Source of the DNA: an uncultured Candidatus Saccharibacteria bacterium
GTDB lineage: Bacteria > Patescibacteriota > Minisyncoccia > Phycocordibacterales > UBA2100
Length of the DNA: 64,000 nucleotides
Reading direction: 5' to 3'
Assembly (NCBI GenBank): GCA_964648335.1
Contig: CAZYLZ010000006.1
Location: 3,974-67,973, forward strand
Below the pieces are notes generated by a model. The model did no database searches, had not been told where the DNA came from, and saw only the letters and a program-made list of their open reading frames with translations. The stretch's first letter is position 1, and every line of letters starts with the position of its first letter. A program made the translations under genes and the position numbers. Below are positions 1-9,974 of the stretch, piece after piece.

Positions 1-434
1 TCGGCCAATACGCGTGCGAGCGCGGCACGGTCGATCCGGAAGCGGCGCAGCACCTCGGCGGCCTGGCCGGGGTGCTCGAGAACAGCGAGGAGAAGGTGCT
101 CAGTCGAGACGAACTGATCGTTGAACGATGCGGCGATGCGCGGAGCAGCCTCGAACACCTGCGCCAATTCCGGCGTCAGGTAGAGCTGAAACGACGGAGA
201 CACCGTGTTGCCCGTCGAGCCGGCATCGAGCATCTCGATCACCGAGTCCAAGAGGTTATTCGTGTCGACCTCGATCTGCTCGAGCATCGAAAGTACGAGT
301 CCTTCGTCTTGCGAGAGAAGCGCCAAAAAGAGATGGAGCGGATTGACCTGGTTCTGTCCCCGCTCGATAGCAAGCTGATGAGCGCGGTGAACCGCTTCTT
401 TGGCTTTGGTTGTGTAGTTGTTGAATGGCGTCAT
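1..434 (-). CDS. clpB: ATP-dependent chaperone ClpB/ClpC family, N-terminal part (gene continues beyond window start)
   Basis: Reverse-strand translation from ATG at 434-432 reads MTPFNNYTTKAKEAVHRAHQLAIERGQNQVNPLHLFLALL..., a typical Clp_N repeat domain. The ORF is open to the window edge, so it is absent from the ORF table. Confidence 0.75.
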   Translation of the reverse strand, partial: MTPFNNYTTKAKEAVHRAHQLAIERGQNQVNPLHLFLALLSQDEGLVLSMLEQIEVDTNNLLDSVIEMLDAGSTGNTVSPSFQLYLTPELAQVFEAAPRIAASFNDQFVSTEHLLLAVLEHPGQAAEVLRRFRIDRAALARVLA

Positions 435-465
435 AGTGCTCTTATTGTTTTGCTTGTAATCTCGC

Positions 466-1263
466 TTACGTCCCAGGCGTCGACGTGGCCGGTTTTAATA
501 GTTCGAGGATAGCACGGGCAGGTACTATCGTGCCATCGTTGCCCGTCACGATACCTACGACGGACCCATCGGTATTTATTACAGGACTCCCAAAAATGGC
601 TGAAATGCTTGTTCCAATAGCCTTTGTGCTCGGGGTCGAGGTGCTTGCGTCTGTTGGCATCGTGGTCACTATTCCTTGCGAAACCCTTAGGTTCTCGATT
701 CCCGAAAGCCCAATGATCGTATCGCCCAAACGAAGCGCTTCGGAGTTAAGGTTGGCCGGAACTGCCTTCGGGCTCGAGCTTGCATCATCTAATGCAAGTA
801 GGGAGACTCCATGAAGACCGCTGACAAACACGTGGGCCGTCACGTCACCACCAGGGAGCCGCACAATGTAGGTACGGTCCTTCTCGAACTGGTTCGCGTC
901 GGTGGCGATGATCCCGCTCGTTACGGCGACCCCTTTGGCAGTAAAGACAGGTTCGTCGGCGTCGATTGAGTTGCGATAGATACCGGCGACGGATGGTGAC
1001 GCCTTAGCAACCGCCTTGGCAATGAGATCGGTCTCTTTGATGATGACAGTCTTCTCTTGGGTTATGACACTCGCCGTCTGCGACTGTGATGGCACGACCT
1101 TCTCCACGGTACGCTCGACGATGCGGTTTATGTTTTGCGTCACGGTCGAGGGTGCCTGCTGGACCAAAGCTACTGTGACGATACACGTGGCTATCGAAGT
1201 CACAAAGCTCACCAGTAAGGTGAGCAGGATGAGCTGAGATTTGTTGAGTTCTTCGACATTCAT
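466..1263 (-). CDS. Membrane-anchored trypsin-like (S1/HtrA-like) serine protease
   Basis: N-terminal TM helix, a TAHV His-region motif, GSPVIN..GSVVGIVTG serine-region motifs, 265 aa. Confidence 0.55.
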   Translation of the reverse strand: MNVEELNKSQLILLTLLVSFVTSIATCIVTVALVQQAPSTVTQNINRIVERTVEKVVPSQSQTASVITQEKTVIIKETDLIAKAVAKASPSVAGIYRNSIDADEPVFTAKGVAVTSGIIATDANQFEKDRTYIVRLPGGDVTAHVFVSGLHGVSLLALDDASSSPKAVPANLNSEALRLGDTIIGLSGIENLRVSQGIVTTMPTDASTSTPSTKAIGTSISAIFGSPVINTDGSVVGIVTGNDGTIVPARAILELLKPATSTPGT

Positions 1264-1323
1264 AGGGGCATCATAGCAAGCACTACTTGCTCTGCAAGTG
1301 TGAACATGGTCCCGAGCATACGC

Positions 1324-2439
1324 CTATGCCAAGACTGGAGCGCCCATATGGAAACCGAGGACGAGCAAGGTGGCAAGCGCGGTACAGACGAACATGAGAG
1401 CCTGCATTGACCGTTCGATGGCGTATCCGCGGGTATCTATTGAAAGCGTAATGATGAGCGGTATGGAGACGAGCACCACAATGAGCAAGAAGAGGTATTT
1501 CACTATCGTAAACGGCGAAGTTTTTGCCCAGTCCAGGAATCCACCCTTTGCGGTCTCGACGATCACCACCCGTGCCGAAGAGACCTTCTCGGGAAGCGAA
1601 AAACGACTCCTCACGAGATCAGATTCGGGCGACAGTGACTCTACGGCTGGCTCAAGTGCTGTGAGTGCCACCTCGGTTACTGTCGTCGTAGCAACTATTG
1701 CGGCTTCGTCCTTGAACTCGAGCACCTGGGTCTCGGCGCCGAGAACCCTGTCCGACTTTGCCGCTGTCGCGAGCTCGACATGCACCTCCTCGGGTTTGAA
1801 TGACGGAGGCGGAGCCTGCGTTACGCGCTCGACAAGCTTCGGCGAGCCGAACATCTCGACGACAAACGTGGTCTTGTGGCCTTGATACGTCCCCTCTGCG
1901 GTCGCCACTCCAATGTTCGTGTAATGCTGATGCAAAAGATTCGCGCGATGCCCTGGGCTGTTCATCCACGCGCTCTCTACCGCACTCGAGTCCGAGAAAT
2001 CGATAGCGAGGTTCTCGCCGGCATAGAGATAACTGTAACCGGCGCGCTTTACCCAATCCCAGGGCTGCGATCCATCGGGGCTGGTATGCGAAAAGTATCC
2101 CTTTTGTGCCATGTCGTTGGCCTTGGCCTGTGCGGCAAGTACCAAGAGTGGATCGACAGTAAGCGAATCAAGCGACTTTGCCGCGCGGTCGGCATTTGCA
2201 GATTCGGTAAGTACGCTGGCGACTACCGCTGCGTACTGTCCGCCCTTTACCAACTGCGTCTGGTATACAGCCACCGTAACAGAACCGGCAAGAAGCATGG
2301 TACACACCGAGAGCACTGGTCCACGCATCATGTGCGGATAGTGATCGTTGCCCGGATGCGGGATGAGGGCGTGCTTGAGCCATGACATGGCAGTAAGTAT
2401 ACCGCCCTTCGGCACGCTGTTTCTATAGTATGTCCACAA
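1324..2439 (-). CDS. CAP/SCP-domain (YkwD-like) secreted protein with C-terminal TM helices
   Basis: CAP-domain motifs GYFSHTSPDG, GENLA, SAWMNSPGHRANLL, YTNIGVA. The start is ambiguous (possibly the internal MMRGPVLS). Confidence 0.6.
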   Translation of the reverse strand: MWTYYRNSVPKGGILTAMSWLKHALIPHPGNDHYPHMMRGPVLSVCTMLLAGSVTVAVYQTQLVKGGQYAAVVASVLTESANADRAAKSLDSLTVDPLLVLAAQAKANDMAQKGYFSHTSPDGSQPWDWVKRAGYSYLYAGENLAIDFSDSSAVESAWMNSPGHRANLLHQHYTNIGVATAEGTYQGHKTTFVVEMFGSPKLVERVTQAPPPSFKPEEVHVELATAAKSDRVLGAETQVLEFKDEAAIVATTTVTEVALTALEPAVESLSPESDLVRSRFSLPEKVSSARVVIVETAKGGFLDWAKTSPFTIVKYLFLLIVVLVSIPLIITLSIDTRGYAIERSMQALMFVCTALATLLVLGFHMGAPVLA

Positions 2440-2478
2440 ATAAAAAACCGCCCGGGTGTGTCCCGGACGGTGGTAGTT

Positions 2479-2811
2479 CTAGTACTCGTCGTTGGTCGAG
2501 CACTCGTAGGCATCGCGAAGCTGGACGATTTCTGACGTCCAACTACAGAGCCACGAGTCTTTTCGTGCAAGCATTGTCAGTGCCGCCGTCGTGCCGGGGA
2601 TGCCATACTTGCTGGCGGCTTCCCCAATAATCTCCCGCATCATGTCGAACCATTCGTGTCTCGAGTACTTCTCGATCCTCGTGTGGTCAAACCAGCCACG
2701 TTGTGCCAAGACCTCAGCGGCGTCCACCAAGCAATCGATTCGCTCGGGGATACACGCCTTCTGGTCGCGGATGTGGGTGTAGGCGCGGGTGGCGTTCTGG
2801 TACTTGCTCAT
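2479..2811 (-). CDS. Hypothetical protein (110 aa)
   Basis: Clean ORF with no recognisable motif. Confidence 0.35.
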   Translation of the reverse strand: MSKYQNATRAYTHIRDQKACIPERIDCLVDAAEVLAQRGWFDHTRIEKYSRHEWFDMMREIIGEAASKYGIPGTTAALTMLARKDSWLCSWTSEIVQLRDAYECSTNDEY

Positions 2812-2963
2812 TTGGGTGTCCTCTCCATCCGACCAGAGCGTATGCTCGGTCTTCAGATGGCAAAGGTCTCATCAGGCTAGGCCGAGACCGTGAGGGACAA
2901 ACGAGGAGCTGACACCGACTAATATCATAGCACAGATATACGAATATTCAAATCAAACAAAAA

Positions 2964-2993
2964 ACCTCCCATACGCGGGAGGTTTTTTGTTTG
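2964..2993. terminator. Rho-independent terminator (bidirectional hairpin)
   Basis: aaaaaacctcccatacgcgggaggttttttgtttggg: GC stem flanked by A-run and T-run, downstream of the minus-strand pilin gene. Confidence 0.7.
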
Positions 2994-3003
2994 GGAAACA
3001 GAA

Positions 3004-3474
3004 TTATCGAGTGACTGTGATTGCTGGCGGTGTTGGGATCGAGGTTTCGTTCAATGCCTCCGGTGCAGCTACAGTATAGCGACCATCTGCATTGACCAAG
3101 ATCGTAAACTTTGTGTCCGCACTAGCTCCGCCGGTTGGGTCTACTGGCATAACCGCCATGTAAACAGGTACGAGGCACGACTCCAGGTTTACGAGACCAG
3201 ATCCAGTACCGATTTTTCGAGCAGTACCGTCAATCGCCTGCCCGATACCGGTGCATGTGAACTGTCCCTTGTTGTCCGCAAGGTTTTGGCCTACCGCGTT
3301 TAAGATCGTGTTGACTGCCGACGAGCGCTGCGTGTTGCGTGCCTGTGCGAACTGCTTTGCCGGGTTGATAGCGATGATGACAATCGCTGCCAATATAGCG
3401 ATGATGCCGATAACGACCAAAATCTCGATGAGCGTGAAGCCGCCAGAAGCGACTGCTGACTTTACTCGTTTCAT
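3004..3474 (-). CDS. Type IV pilin / pseudopilin (prepilin N-terminal methylation motif)
   Basis: MKRVKSAVASGGFTLIEILVVIGIIAILAAIV: class III signal with G|FTLIE. Start chosen at the internal Met (3474) rather than the upstream in-frame Met of the 3004..3588 ORF. Confidence 0.8.
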   Translation of the reverse strand: MKRVKSAVASGGFTLIEILVVIGIIAILAAIVIIAINPAKQFAQARNTQRSSAVNTILNAVGQNLADNKGQFTCTGIGQAIDGTARKIGTGSGLVNLESCLVPVYMAVMPVDPTGGASADTKFTILVNADGRYTVAAPEALNETSIPTPPAITVTR

Positions 3475-3565
3475 AAGTGAATACATATCTATGCTAGCTA
3501 AATAAATTACTGACCCCGATATACCTTGCCTCCTCCCCTTCCCGCAAGTCTGACGATGTCGTCTG

Positions 3566-6500
3566 CTATGGGCTTTCACCCCACGCACCGATAACGACCG
3601 ACGGCGGTGGAGGTGGTGGAGGTGGGGGCGGTGGGGGCGTATCGTCGTTCACTATCGTGCATTGCTTCGTTTCGCCTGCGGCTATGGTTCCACTGCATAG
3701 AGGTCCGAGCGTCTTTGCGTAGCCCGCGACTCCCGGCTCTTCATCTACGGTGTAGGCCCCCGGGTCGAGCACGACCGAAACTCCCGGCGAATCGGTACCG
3801 GGAAATGTAGCCTGGCTCACGTTGGTGCCCGAGACCGTCATCGTAAAGTCCGCTGCGACCGACGATCCGGTGTTGTCGTTGACCACGTGCTTTACCACGT
3901 AGATGGTGCCCGTGGTCGGCGGCGGCGGCGGTACTATGGCCGCCGCAGGACACACCTGCGCTCCGATAAAACTAAAGATACCTTGCATGTCTGCGGACGT
4001 CGGCGAGATAAAGAAGTTGTCGCCGTCGCCGTTTTCTTGCACTACTTGGTAGTACACCCTAACCGGGATGTGATCGAGATAGAAGTCGCGCGTGTTTACC
4101 GTCGCGTTAGAAGTCACGCGCACGCGGAACTTGCTTTGGTCGAAGTCGCCCTGCGTCCAGCTGCGACCCCACGTGTCGCCACTGTTACCCAAGACACCGA
4201 CATGCGAATGTGATGTCGATTCTCCCGAGTCGGTCTTAGAAACCCAGTTGGCACCCGCGTTGTACGAGAGCTCTACGCGCAGGCTGTTCGTTCCCGTTAC
4301 CGAGTCAAGCCACCAGTTGGGCCGAACTTCGATACCGGTGATGACCGCGTTTGGTGGAACAGAGAGACCGTATCCAGAATAGACATGGCGATCCCCTGCT
4401 CCGTCGGTATTCTGCGCTGCAACGTCGTCGTCCACATACGCTTTGTCGGGACTCACCTCGAAGCCGTTGCCGTCTCCTCCCGAGTCAGCAACATTGCCTG
4501 CGGGCGACTGCAACCCAGTATCGCCGTTAATTATTCCGGTCGTGTCGAAGAACGAGCCGTCGGCGTGCGGCGCATTCGTAACGGTTCCGCTTGCCAGACC
4601 TGCCAAAAGCGCACGTCCTGCAGTAGCACCGTAGTGGATGGTAAAGATGGTCGTTCCGCTTGCTTTTGCGGCGTCGGCTGCAGAGTAGGCCTGTGCGACA
4701 GGATCGGTGACAATGCTCCAGCTCACAACCGCATACAGATGTGTCACTCGCGGTACGGTACCGCCCGACGAAGTATTGAGTACGCCAAAGTGCGTCGTCC
4801 AGTTGTTTACTTCGGCAACGGTCCATGCGCCACCTAGAGGATTAGACGACATCGTCCATGTGTAGTCCGTGTAGTTTGATGAGAGGTTGTGCCCTACATC
4901 CACGGCCTGGGTGATGCTGTTCTCTGCCACCAGCTGGATTGCACCGTTACTCCCTGCCGTCTCTTTTGCAATCGCATGCACTGTCACCCTAATGTTCGAC
5001 GCGTTTGCAGGCACGGTCGCATCGGGAAACGCATACGTCTGTGTTACCGCTCCTGCCGCGCTGTTTGATACATAGGTAGTATCGGAGTCGTTGGTAGAAA
5101 CAGCCGCTACCGACGTTCCGGTGTTTGCGATCCAGGCCGTGTATCCGCCGATTGTTTGGGACTGTACCGTCGCACTGCCGGGGATTGTGTAGTAGACCTT
5201 GGTCTGCACCTGGTCGACCGAGAGCGTCGAATTGTTGGTGCACGAAAAGCCTGGGTCTACGTTCTCGAGTCGTGCGGTAAAGTTGGTGCTGTTGATCTCG
5301 GCTGGAGTCCAGGTGCGCCCCCAGGTGTTGGTGCTGCCACCGAACACCAACACCTGATCGCTGCTGCCGAGACCCGCAACATCGTTTGCCGTGAACGTAG
5401 TGCCGTTGGGAGCCAGATCGATATCGAGCTCGCATCCAGACGAGTCGCTCGACTTGGCTTCTGCTGTAACTTCGATACCGACAATAGTCGCCGTAGGCGG
5501 CACCAGGAATCCGAAGTTAGCGTACCGTTGTCGGTGCCCTGCTACCGCGTCCGTCGCATACTGGTTGTCGCTCGTAAACGCGCGCGTCGCGTTGGCAAAC
5601 TGGTCGACACCACCTTGAGCAGTAGCTGCCGCCGGCGCATTAAACCCGACCGAGCCGGCAATCGTGTACGACACAACGGCGTACACCTGGGTTACGCGCG
5701 GAGTGGTCGCTCCTGTCGATGCGTTAAGTACACCGAACTTGTAGCTCCACGCATTCACGTCTGCCACAGTCCACGATCCACCGAACGGATCTGTCGCCAT
5801 GGTCCAGGTGTAATCGGTGTACGTACTCGACAGCGAGTGCCCCGCATCGGCAACAAGGGTTCCTGCATTTTCTGCCACCAATACCACAGTGCCTGTTGTA
5901 CCACCGGTCTCCTTGGCGATCGCATGAAGCGTCACCGAAATATTGGTAGCGCCCGCGGGAATACCGGCATTTGCCAAAAGGTATGTCTGGGCCTGGACCG
6001 CCGTATTGATATACGAGACATCGCCATCATTTGTGTTTATCGCCGTCACCTTCGTACCGTTGTTCGCGCTCCACCCGCTATAGGTACCGAGTGCCGATGC
6101 TTGCAAAGTTTGCGAACCGGGCGTCGATCCAGAAGGCTCGTTAGGATCGCCATCAGAGACGAGAATGAGTACTTTCTGTTTCGATGGATCGTGCCGCGGG
6201 CCGTTCAGTTCGTCGTTGGCGACAGTGATCGCCGCCGAAAGATCGCTGCCCACCGATGAGTTCGATCCGGTGATCGAGTTTATGGCACTTTTGACGGTGG
6301 CGTAAGCATTGCTGAGAACTCCATTAGCGGGGATTGACGCTGCTGAGCCGTTGAGTCCGCCAAAGCTGCCTGCGCCGATCTTAGGTAGTGTTACCACGCC
6401 GGAATAGAGATTCACCAGAGCTGTCGCGGCAGCATTTTCGTCAGCGCGATCGGTCGAACTCATGCTCCCCGAACGGTCGAGTATCACCACCGTATCGGCG

Positions 6501-7483
6501 CAGGCCGGCGTCGGTGGCGCCGTATCATCATAGGTGATGATACAGGTCTTGTTTTCGCCTGCCGCAAGCGAGATGGACGAGCTTCCTGCACAATGATACC
6601 CCCATGCGCTCTTGGTATAGCCTGGTACGTTCGGAGCGCTCACGGTGTGCCCTCCGGGAGCGAGCGTGTACGGCTGGCCCGGCACCCGGACCACGCCGTC
6701 GATCGAAAGCGCGAAATCTGAGACAGTGCTCGTTCCTGCGTTGTCGTTGATAACGTTAGCTATGACACTGAGCTTGGCAGTCGTCGGGATGTCGTCGTTG
6801 AGCGCAAGACATGTCTTGATCTCGCCCGCAGCGACCGTGCCCGAACAGCCGGCGCTCAGCGTACGCGTATAGCCCGAAACCGCTGACTCAGTAACTTGGT
6901 ACGACCCCGCGTCGACCGTAACCGCGACACCGGTGTCAGATCCTGCAAATGACGAAAGCGAAACTGCGGTACCGGTCACGTTCATGGTGAAGTCGGCGGA
7001 CGCATGGGTTCCGTCATCGTCGTTTACCGTCTGCGTCACGACGAAGATGGTCCCGTGCGTCGGTGACGTTGCCGGGTTTTGAACGGTTGCAGAGACCTCC
7101 ATCTCGGTGAATGCGCCTTTGTACGATGCCTTGGTATGCACGAGTGCTTTCTTCTGAGTCGCATCAATCACGGTATATGTGACGCCCGTGATAAGGCAGG
7201 TGCCGTCGCCAACACTCACCGGCACTCCGCCGAGTGCCGAATCATAGGCAGGATCGGTCATCGGCGTGTAGGTGTAATCTTTCGCGACCTTGAGGAGCCC
7301 CGCATTGACGCACGATTCGGAAAGCCCGAGCGAGATGCGCTTGAACTCCTGGTCGAGCGCGTCGAAGCGCGAGAACAGTCCGGTCGCGCTTGCCGACGAG
7401 ACGAGCCCCATGAGCACCAACGACAAAATGATCGCTGTCATGAGCGCGATGTAGCCGCGAGATCCGGTTGCGTTTTGTTTCAT
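3566..7483 (-). CDS. Giant (1305 aa) pilus-associated vWA-domain protein, GspK/PilY1-like tip adhesin candidate, with C-terminal poly-proline tract
   Basis: N-terminus SRGYIALMTAIILSLVLMGLV is pilin-like but lacks Glu5, as in GspK-type minor pilins. vWA MIDAS motif VVILDRSGSMSS ... LILVSDGDPNE. Repeated beta-rich domains. Ends with 12 consecutive Pro. It sits inside the pilin operon. Confidence 0.65.
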   Translation of the reverse strand: MKQNATGSRGYIALMTAIILSLVLMGLVSSASATGLFSRFDALDQEFKRISLGLSESCVNAGLLKVAKDYTYTPMTDPAYDSALGGVPVSVGDGTCLITGVTYTVIDATQKKALVHTKASYKGAFTEMEVSATVQNPATSPTHGTIFVVTQTVNDDDGTHASADFTMNVTGTAVSLSSFAGSDTGVAVTVDAGSYQVTESAVSGYTRTLSAGCSGTVAAGEIKTCLALNDDIPTTAKLSVIANVINDNAGTSTVSDFALSIDGVVRVPGQPYTLAPGGHTVSAPNVPGYTKSAWGYHCAGSSSISLAAGENKTCIITYDDTAPPTPACADTVVILDRSGSMSSTDRADENAAATALVNLYSGVVTLPKIGAGSFGGLNGSAASIPANGVLSNAYATVKSAINSITGSNSSVGSDLSAAITVANDELNGPRHDPSKQKVLILVSDGDPNEPSGSTPGSQTLQASALGTYSGWSANNGTKVTAINTNDGDVSYINTAVQAQTYLLANAGIPAGATNISVTLHAIAKETGGTTGTVVLVAENAGTLVADAGHSLSSTYTDYTWTMATDPFGGSWTVADVNAWSYKFGVLNASTGATTPRVTQVYAVVSYTIAGSVGFNAPAAATAQGGVDQFANATRAFTSDNQYATDAVAGHRQRYANFGFLVPPTATIVGIEVTAEAKSSDSSGCELDIDLAPNGTTFTANDVAGLGSSDQVLVFGGSTNTWGRTWTPAEINSTNFTARLENVDPGFSCTNNSTLSVDQVQTKVYYTIPGSATVQSQTIGGYTAWIANTGTSVAAVSTNDSDTTYVSNSAAGAVTQTYAFPDATVPANASNIRVTVHAIAKETAGSNGAIQLVAENSITQAVDVGHNLSSNYTDYTWTMSSNPLGGAWTVAEVNNWTTHFGVLNTSSGGTVPRVTHLYAVVSWSIVTDPVAQAYSAADAAKASGTTIFTIHYGATAGRALLAGLASGTVTNAPHADGSFFDTTGIINGDTGLQSPAGNVADSGGDGNGFEVSPDKAYVDDDVAAQNTDGAGDRHVYSGYGLSVPPNAVITGIEVRPNWWLDSVTGTNSLRVELSYNAGANWVSKTDSGESTSHSHVGVLGNSGDTWGRSWTQGDFDQSKFRVRVTSNATVNTRDFYLDHIPVRVYYQVVQENGDGDNFFISPTSADMQGIFSFIGAQVCPAAAIVPPPPPTTGTIYVVKHVVNDNTGSSVAADFTMTVSGTNVSQATFPGTDSPGVSVVLDPGAYTVDEEPGVAGYAKTLGPLCSGTIAAGETKQCTIVNDDTPPPPPPPPPPPPSVVIGAWGESP

Positions 7484-7484
7484 A

Positions 7485-7994
7485 TCATTTTCTTAGGTAG
7501 ACGACCGTTTTAAAATCTTGATCTACCACCTGTCCGGTCGGCGTTCGGGCCGAAACGGTAAAGGATGCTTCTACGCTCTCGGGGTCCGTACCTCCGCCGA
7601 AGGCATGACTGAAGGAAAGCGCACTAATCTCGACGTTATCGTTATTGAGAACGTTTGCAGTGTTCGCGCCGCGTGCAAGCGTCATGTCTGTGCCCACAAG
7701 CTGAACCACGATTGGATGTGGGATCGCGGTGTCCCACTTGGTTACTGAGAGAGACGCTCCAGTATTGCCCACTGCAGGATCATCGACGGCACGAGCACCC
7801 GAGAGTACCCAGCCGATCTTGGCGACCAAGAAATTTCCCTCTTCTTGCACCAACGAGCGCGTAACCGAACGCGTACTAGCCTCGGCGATCGAATACGCGG
7901 CTGTGACGGCGCCGCCGATGATGATACCGAAGAGTGCCATGTACATGAGCGCTTCGATGAGTGTGAACCCGCGTGTGTGAGTCTGTCGTTTCAT
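7485..7994 (-). CDS. Type IV pilin-like protein
   Basis: MKRQTHTRGFTLIEALMYMALFGIIIGG prepilin motif. Start at the internal Met. Confidence 0.75.
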   Translation of the reverse strand: MKRQTHTRGFTLIEALMYMALFGIIIGGAVTAAYSIAEASTRSVTRSLVQEEGNFLVAKIGWVLSGARAVDDPAVGNTGASLSVTKWDTAIPHPIVVQLVGTDMTLARGANTANVLNNDNVEISALSFSHAFGGGTDPESVEASFTVSARTPTGQVVDQDFKTVVYLRK

Positions 7995-7995
7995 A

Positions 7996-9483
7996 TCAGT
8001 TTGCAGTGAATACGCTAACCGATCCATTCGCTCCAGAACCCGACCCTGCATACAGGCTATTAGCCTCGCATTCGAGTGTCGTCCCAGAGTACGGCAGCGA
8101 TTTTTGCGTCACGGAGGAAATCGCTGATGGATCGCTAATGCGTAAGACTTGGAGCTTGCTTGTGGTGGTCGTCACGATAAACGCGAGCGTGTCGCGAACG
8201 ATAACGCCTGCCGCAGTGGCTCCGAGCGCGAATGCGCCTTTGGGCGCAGGCATGGCACTCGACGGGTCCTTTATATCGAGTACGTACAGCTCTTTATTAG
8301 GGCTCGAATATGTCCGCCCAAAGTAGAGATCGTCGCCGACGGCAAAGAGGGATCGTCCGAGTCCCACGCCGCCCGGGTTGTACACAGCACCCGGAGCCAC
8401 GACCGGATTATAGGGATTACTGATATCGAGCACCACGAGTTGCTTGGTGTTATCGTCGGTTGCAAGGTATGCGTAATTGTTGCGGATAGTTATTGCCGTA
8501 ACGCTCCTCCCCACTGCATAGCTTCCGCGTGCGACTGGAAACAAAGGATTGTGAACATCAATGATATGGAACTCCGGACCGCTCCCGGTCTTGCCAAGTC
8601 CAAGATAGAGATATCCGTTCTTGTATGCGACACTCACGCCACGGCCTTGTCCGCCGGTCCCGGTGACGCCCGGCGCCTTGTAAAAATACTTCACCGTCGG
8701 ATTCGAAGGAACCGAGACGTCGACGATTTTGAGCTGCGAGCATGCGCCGCCATATACGGTCGATGCATTCGAGAGATCGTCCGGGTTGAAGCACGATCCG
8801 AAGTTGGCTCCGTGCCCGTCGGCGACATAGGCGTAGTTACCTACGACTGTCACCATGGCGGGACCTGCGGTAGTTGACGTCGCGATATCGACAGATCCGA
8901 GCACGGTCGCGAGGCTCGATGTCGCGTAGATGAAGAAGTTCGGCAAGTTCTGCGATACGGTTTGCGCAAGCCCCACATATACCTTCCCGAACGCAGCATC
9001 GATCGTGCTCACTGGTCCCTGCATCGCATAGTCAGTTTGAGAGGGGTTTGTCCAATCCCCGGTCAAGACCGAGTCGCAGGTGTCGCTCGATTGCGCTGCA
9101 GAAAAATTAGAGACGAGCGAAGAGAGGCGCACGAACTGCCCTGTTCTACCGTAGCTACCGATCCAGGTCACGTTCGCCGTGATCTCTTTGCTCAGGAGGT
9201 CGCCGAGCGTTCTCACCGACAGCGTTTTAGTGTAGGTGATGGGCCCCAACACTTCGGTCGTGGTCGTCGGAACCAGGAGCTTGAAATCCTTGCGCGCTGT
9301 TGCCTGTGCGTTCTCGATCATCGCCTGTGAAATCCCAAGCGCTTCTGATTGAAGTTCGCCGTCGGTGCCCACTCCCTCGGCGCCGTACACGACCATGGCG
9401 ACTGCCGAGATCGACATCACCATTATGGCCATGGCAATCAATACCTCGACTACAGTGAATCCGTAAGATGCGTTTCGTTTCAT
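7996..9483 (-). CDS. Minor pilin/pseudopilin with beta-propeller-like repeat domain
   Basis: MKRNASYGFTVVEVLIAMAIMV prepilin motif, followed by repeated YAYVADG/YLYLG/YAYLATDD/LYFG beta-propeller-like motifs. Confidence 0.7.
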   Translation of the reverse strand: MKRNASYGFTVVEVLIAMAIMVMSISAVAMVVYGAEGVGTDGELQSEALGISQAMIENAQATARKDFKLLVPTTTTEVLGPITYTKTLSVRTLGDLLSKEITANVTWIGSYGRTGQFVRLSSLVSNFSAAQSSDTCDSVLTGDWTNPSQTDYAMQGPVSTIDAAFGKVYVGLAQTVSQNLPNFFIYATSSLATVLGSVDIATSTTAGPAMVTVVGNYAYVADGHGANFGSCFNPDDLSNASTVYGGACSQLKIVDVSVPSNPTVKYFYKAPGVTGTGGQGRGVSVAYKNGYLYLGLGKTGSGPEFHIIDVHNPLFPVARGSYAVGRSVTAITIRNNYAYLATDDNTKQLVVLDISNPYNPVVAPGAVYNPGGVGLGRSLFAVGDDLYFGRTYSSPNKELYVLDIKDPSSAMPAPKGAFALGATAAGVIVRDTLAFIVTTTTSKLQVLRISDPSAISSVTQKSLPYSGTTLECEANSLYAGSGSGANGSVSVFTAN

Positions 9484-9484
9484 A

Positions 9485-9973
9485 TCAGTGGGTCCAGGCG
9501 ATCGTACCTTCGACGCCGAATGTGATGGTTGATGATGATATCCCGTCGGTGATGGCGACCTCGGTGCCGGAAGGATACGTAGTGACGTCACCCGAGAGTG
9601 TATCGAAGACGACGTCAGAAACCGGACCTGAGAACGATACCGGGTACTCGGGTACGGTCACGATATCGACTGCTGTGTCGCGCGCTGCATACGACGTACC
9701 TTGAAAGAGTACATACTGCCCTCCTGACAGGTGCACACCGTGCGCCTTTCCAGCAGTACAACCCGTACCGAGGCAAATGTTGTTCATGCTCTCGGCGCGC
9801 GCTTTGTGGATCATCGCGACAAGCTTGTCACGTTCGCCGCGCAGCGACGATTTGCGGAAGGTATCCATGCCGACGAGCATGCTCATGCTACCGATGATAC
9901 CGACGAGCCCCATCACAACGAGAAGCTCAATCAGTGTGAAGCCGCCGGTGCGGACCAGACCTCTCCTACTCAT
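9485..9973 (-). CDS. Type IV pilin-like protein
   Basis: MSRRGLVRTGGFTLIELLVVMGLVGIIG prepilin motif. The start abuts the pilC stop. Confidence 0.75.
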   Translation of the reverse strand: MSRRGLVRTGGFTLIELLVVMGLVGIIGSMSMLVGMDTFRKSSLRGERDKLVAMIHKARAESMNNICLGTGCTAGKAHGVHLSGGQYVLFQGTSYAARDTAVDIVTVPEYPVSFSGPVSDVVFDTLSGDVTTYPSGTEVAITDGISSSTITFGVEGTIAWTH

Positions 9974-9974
9974 C

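Noticed and set aside
72-512. 146-aa plus-strand ORF at the window start
   Set aside because: The opposite strand encodes a textbook ClpB/ClpC N-domain starting at 434, so the plus ORF is an antisense artefact.
5156-6259. 367-aa Arg/Cys-rich plus-strand ORF
   Set aside because: It lies antisense inside the 1305-aa vWA protein gene and its composition is typical of a high-GC antisense frame.
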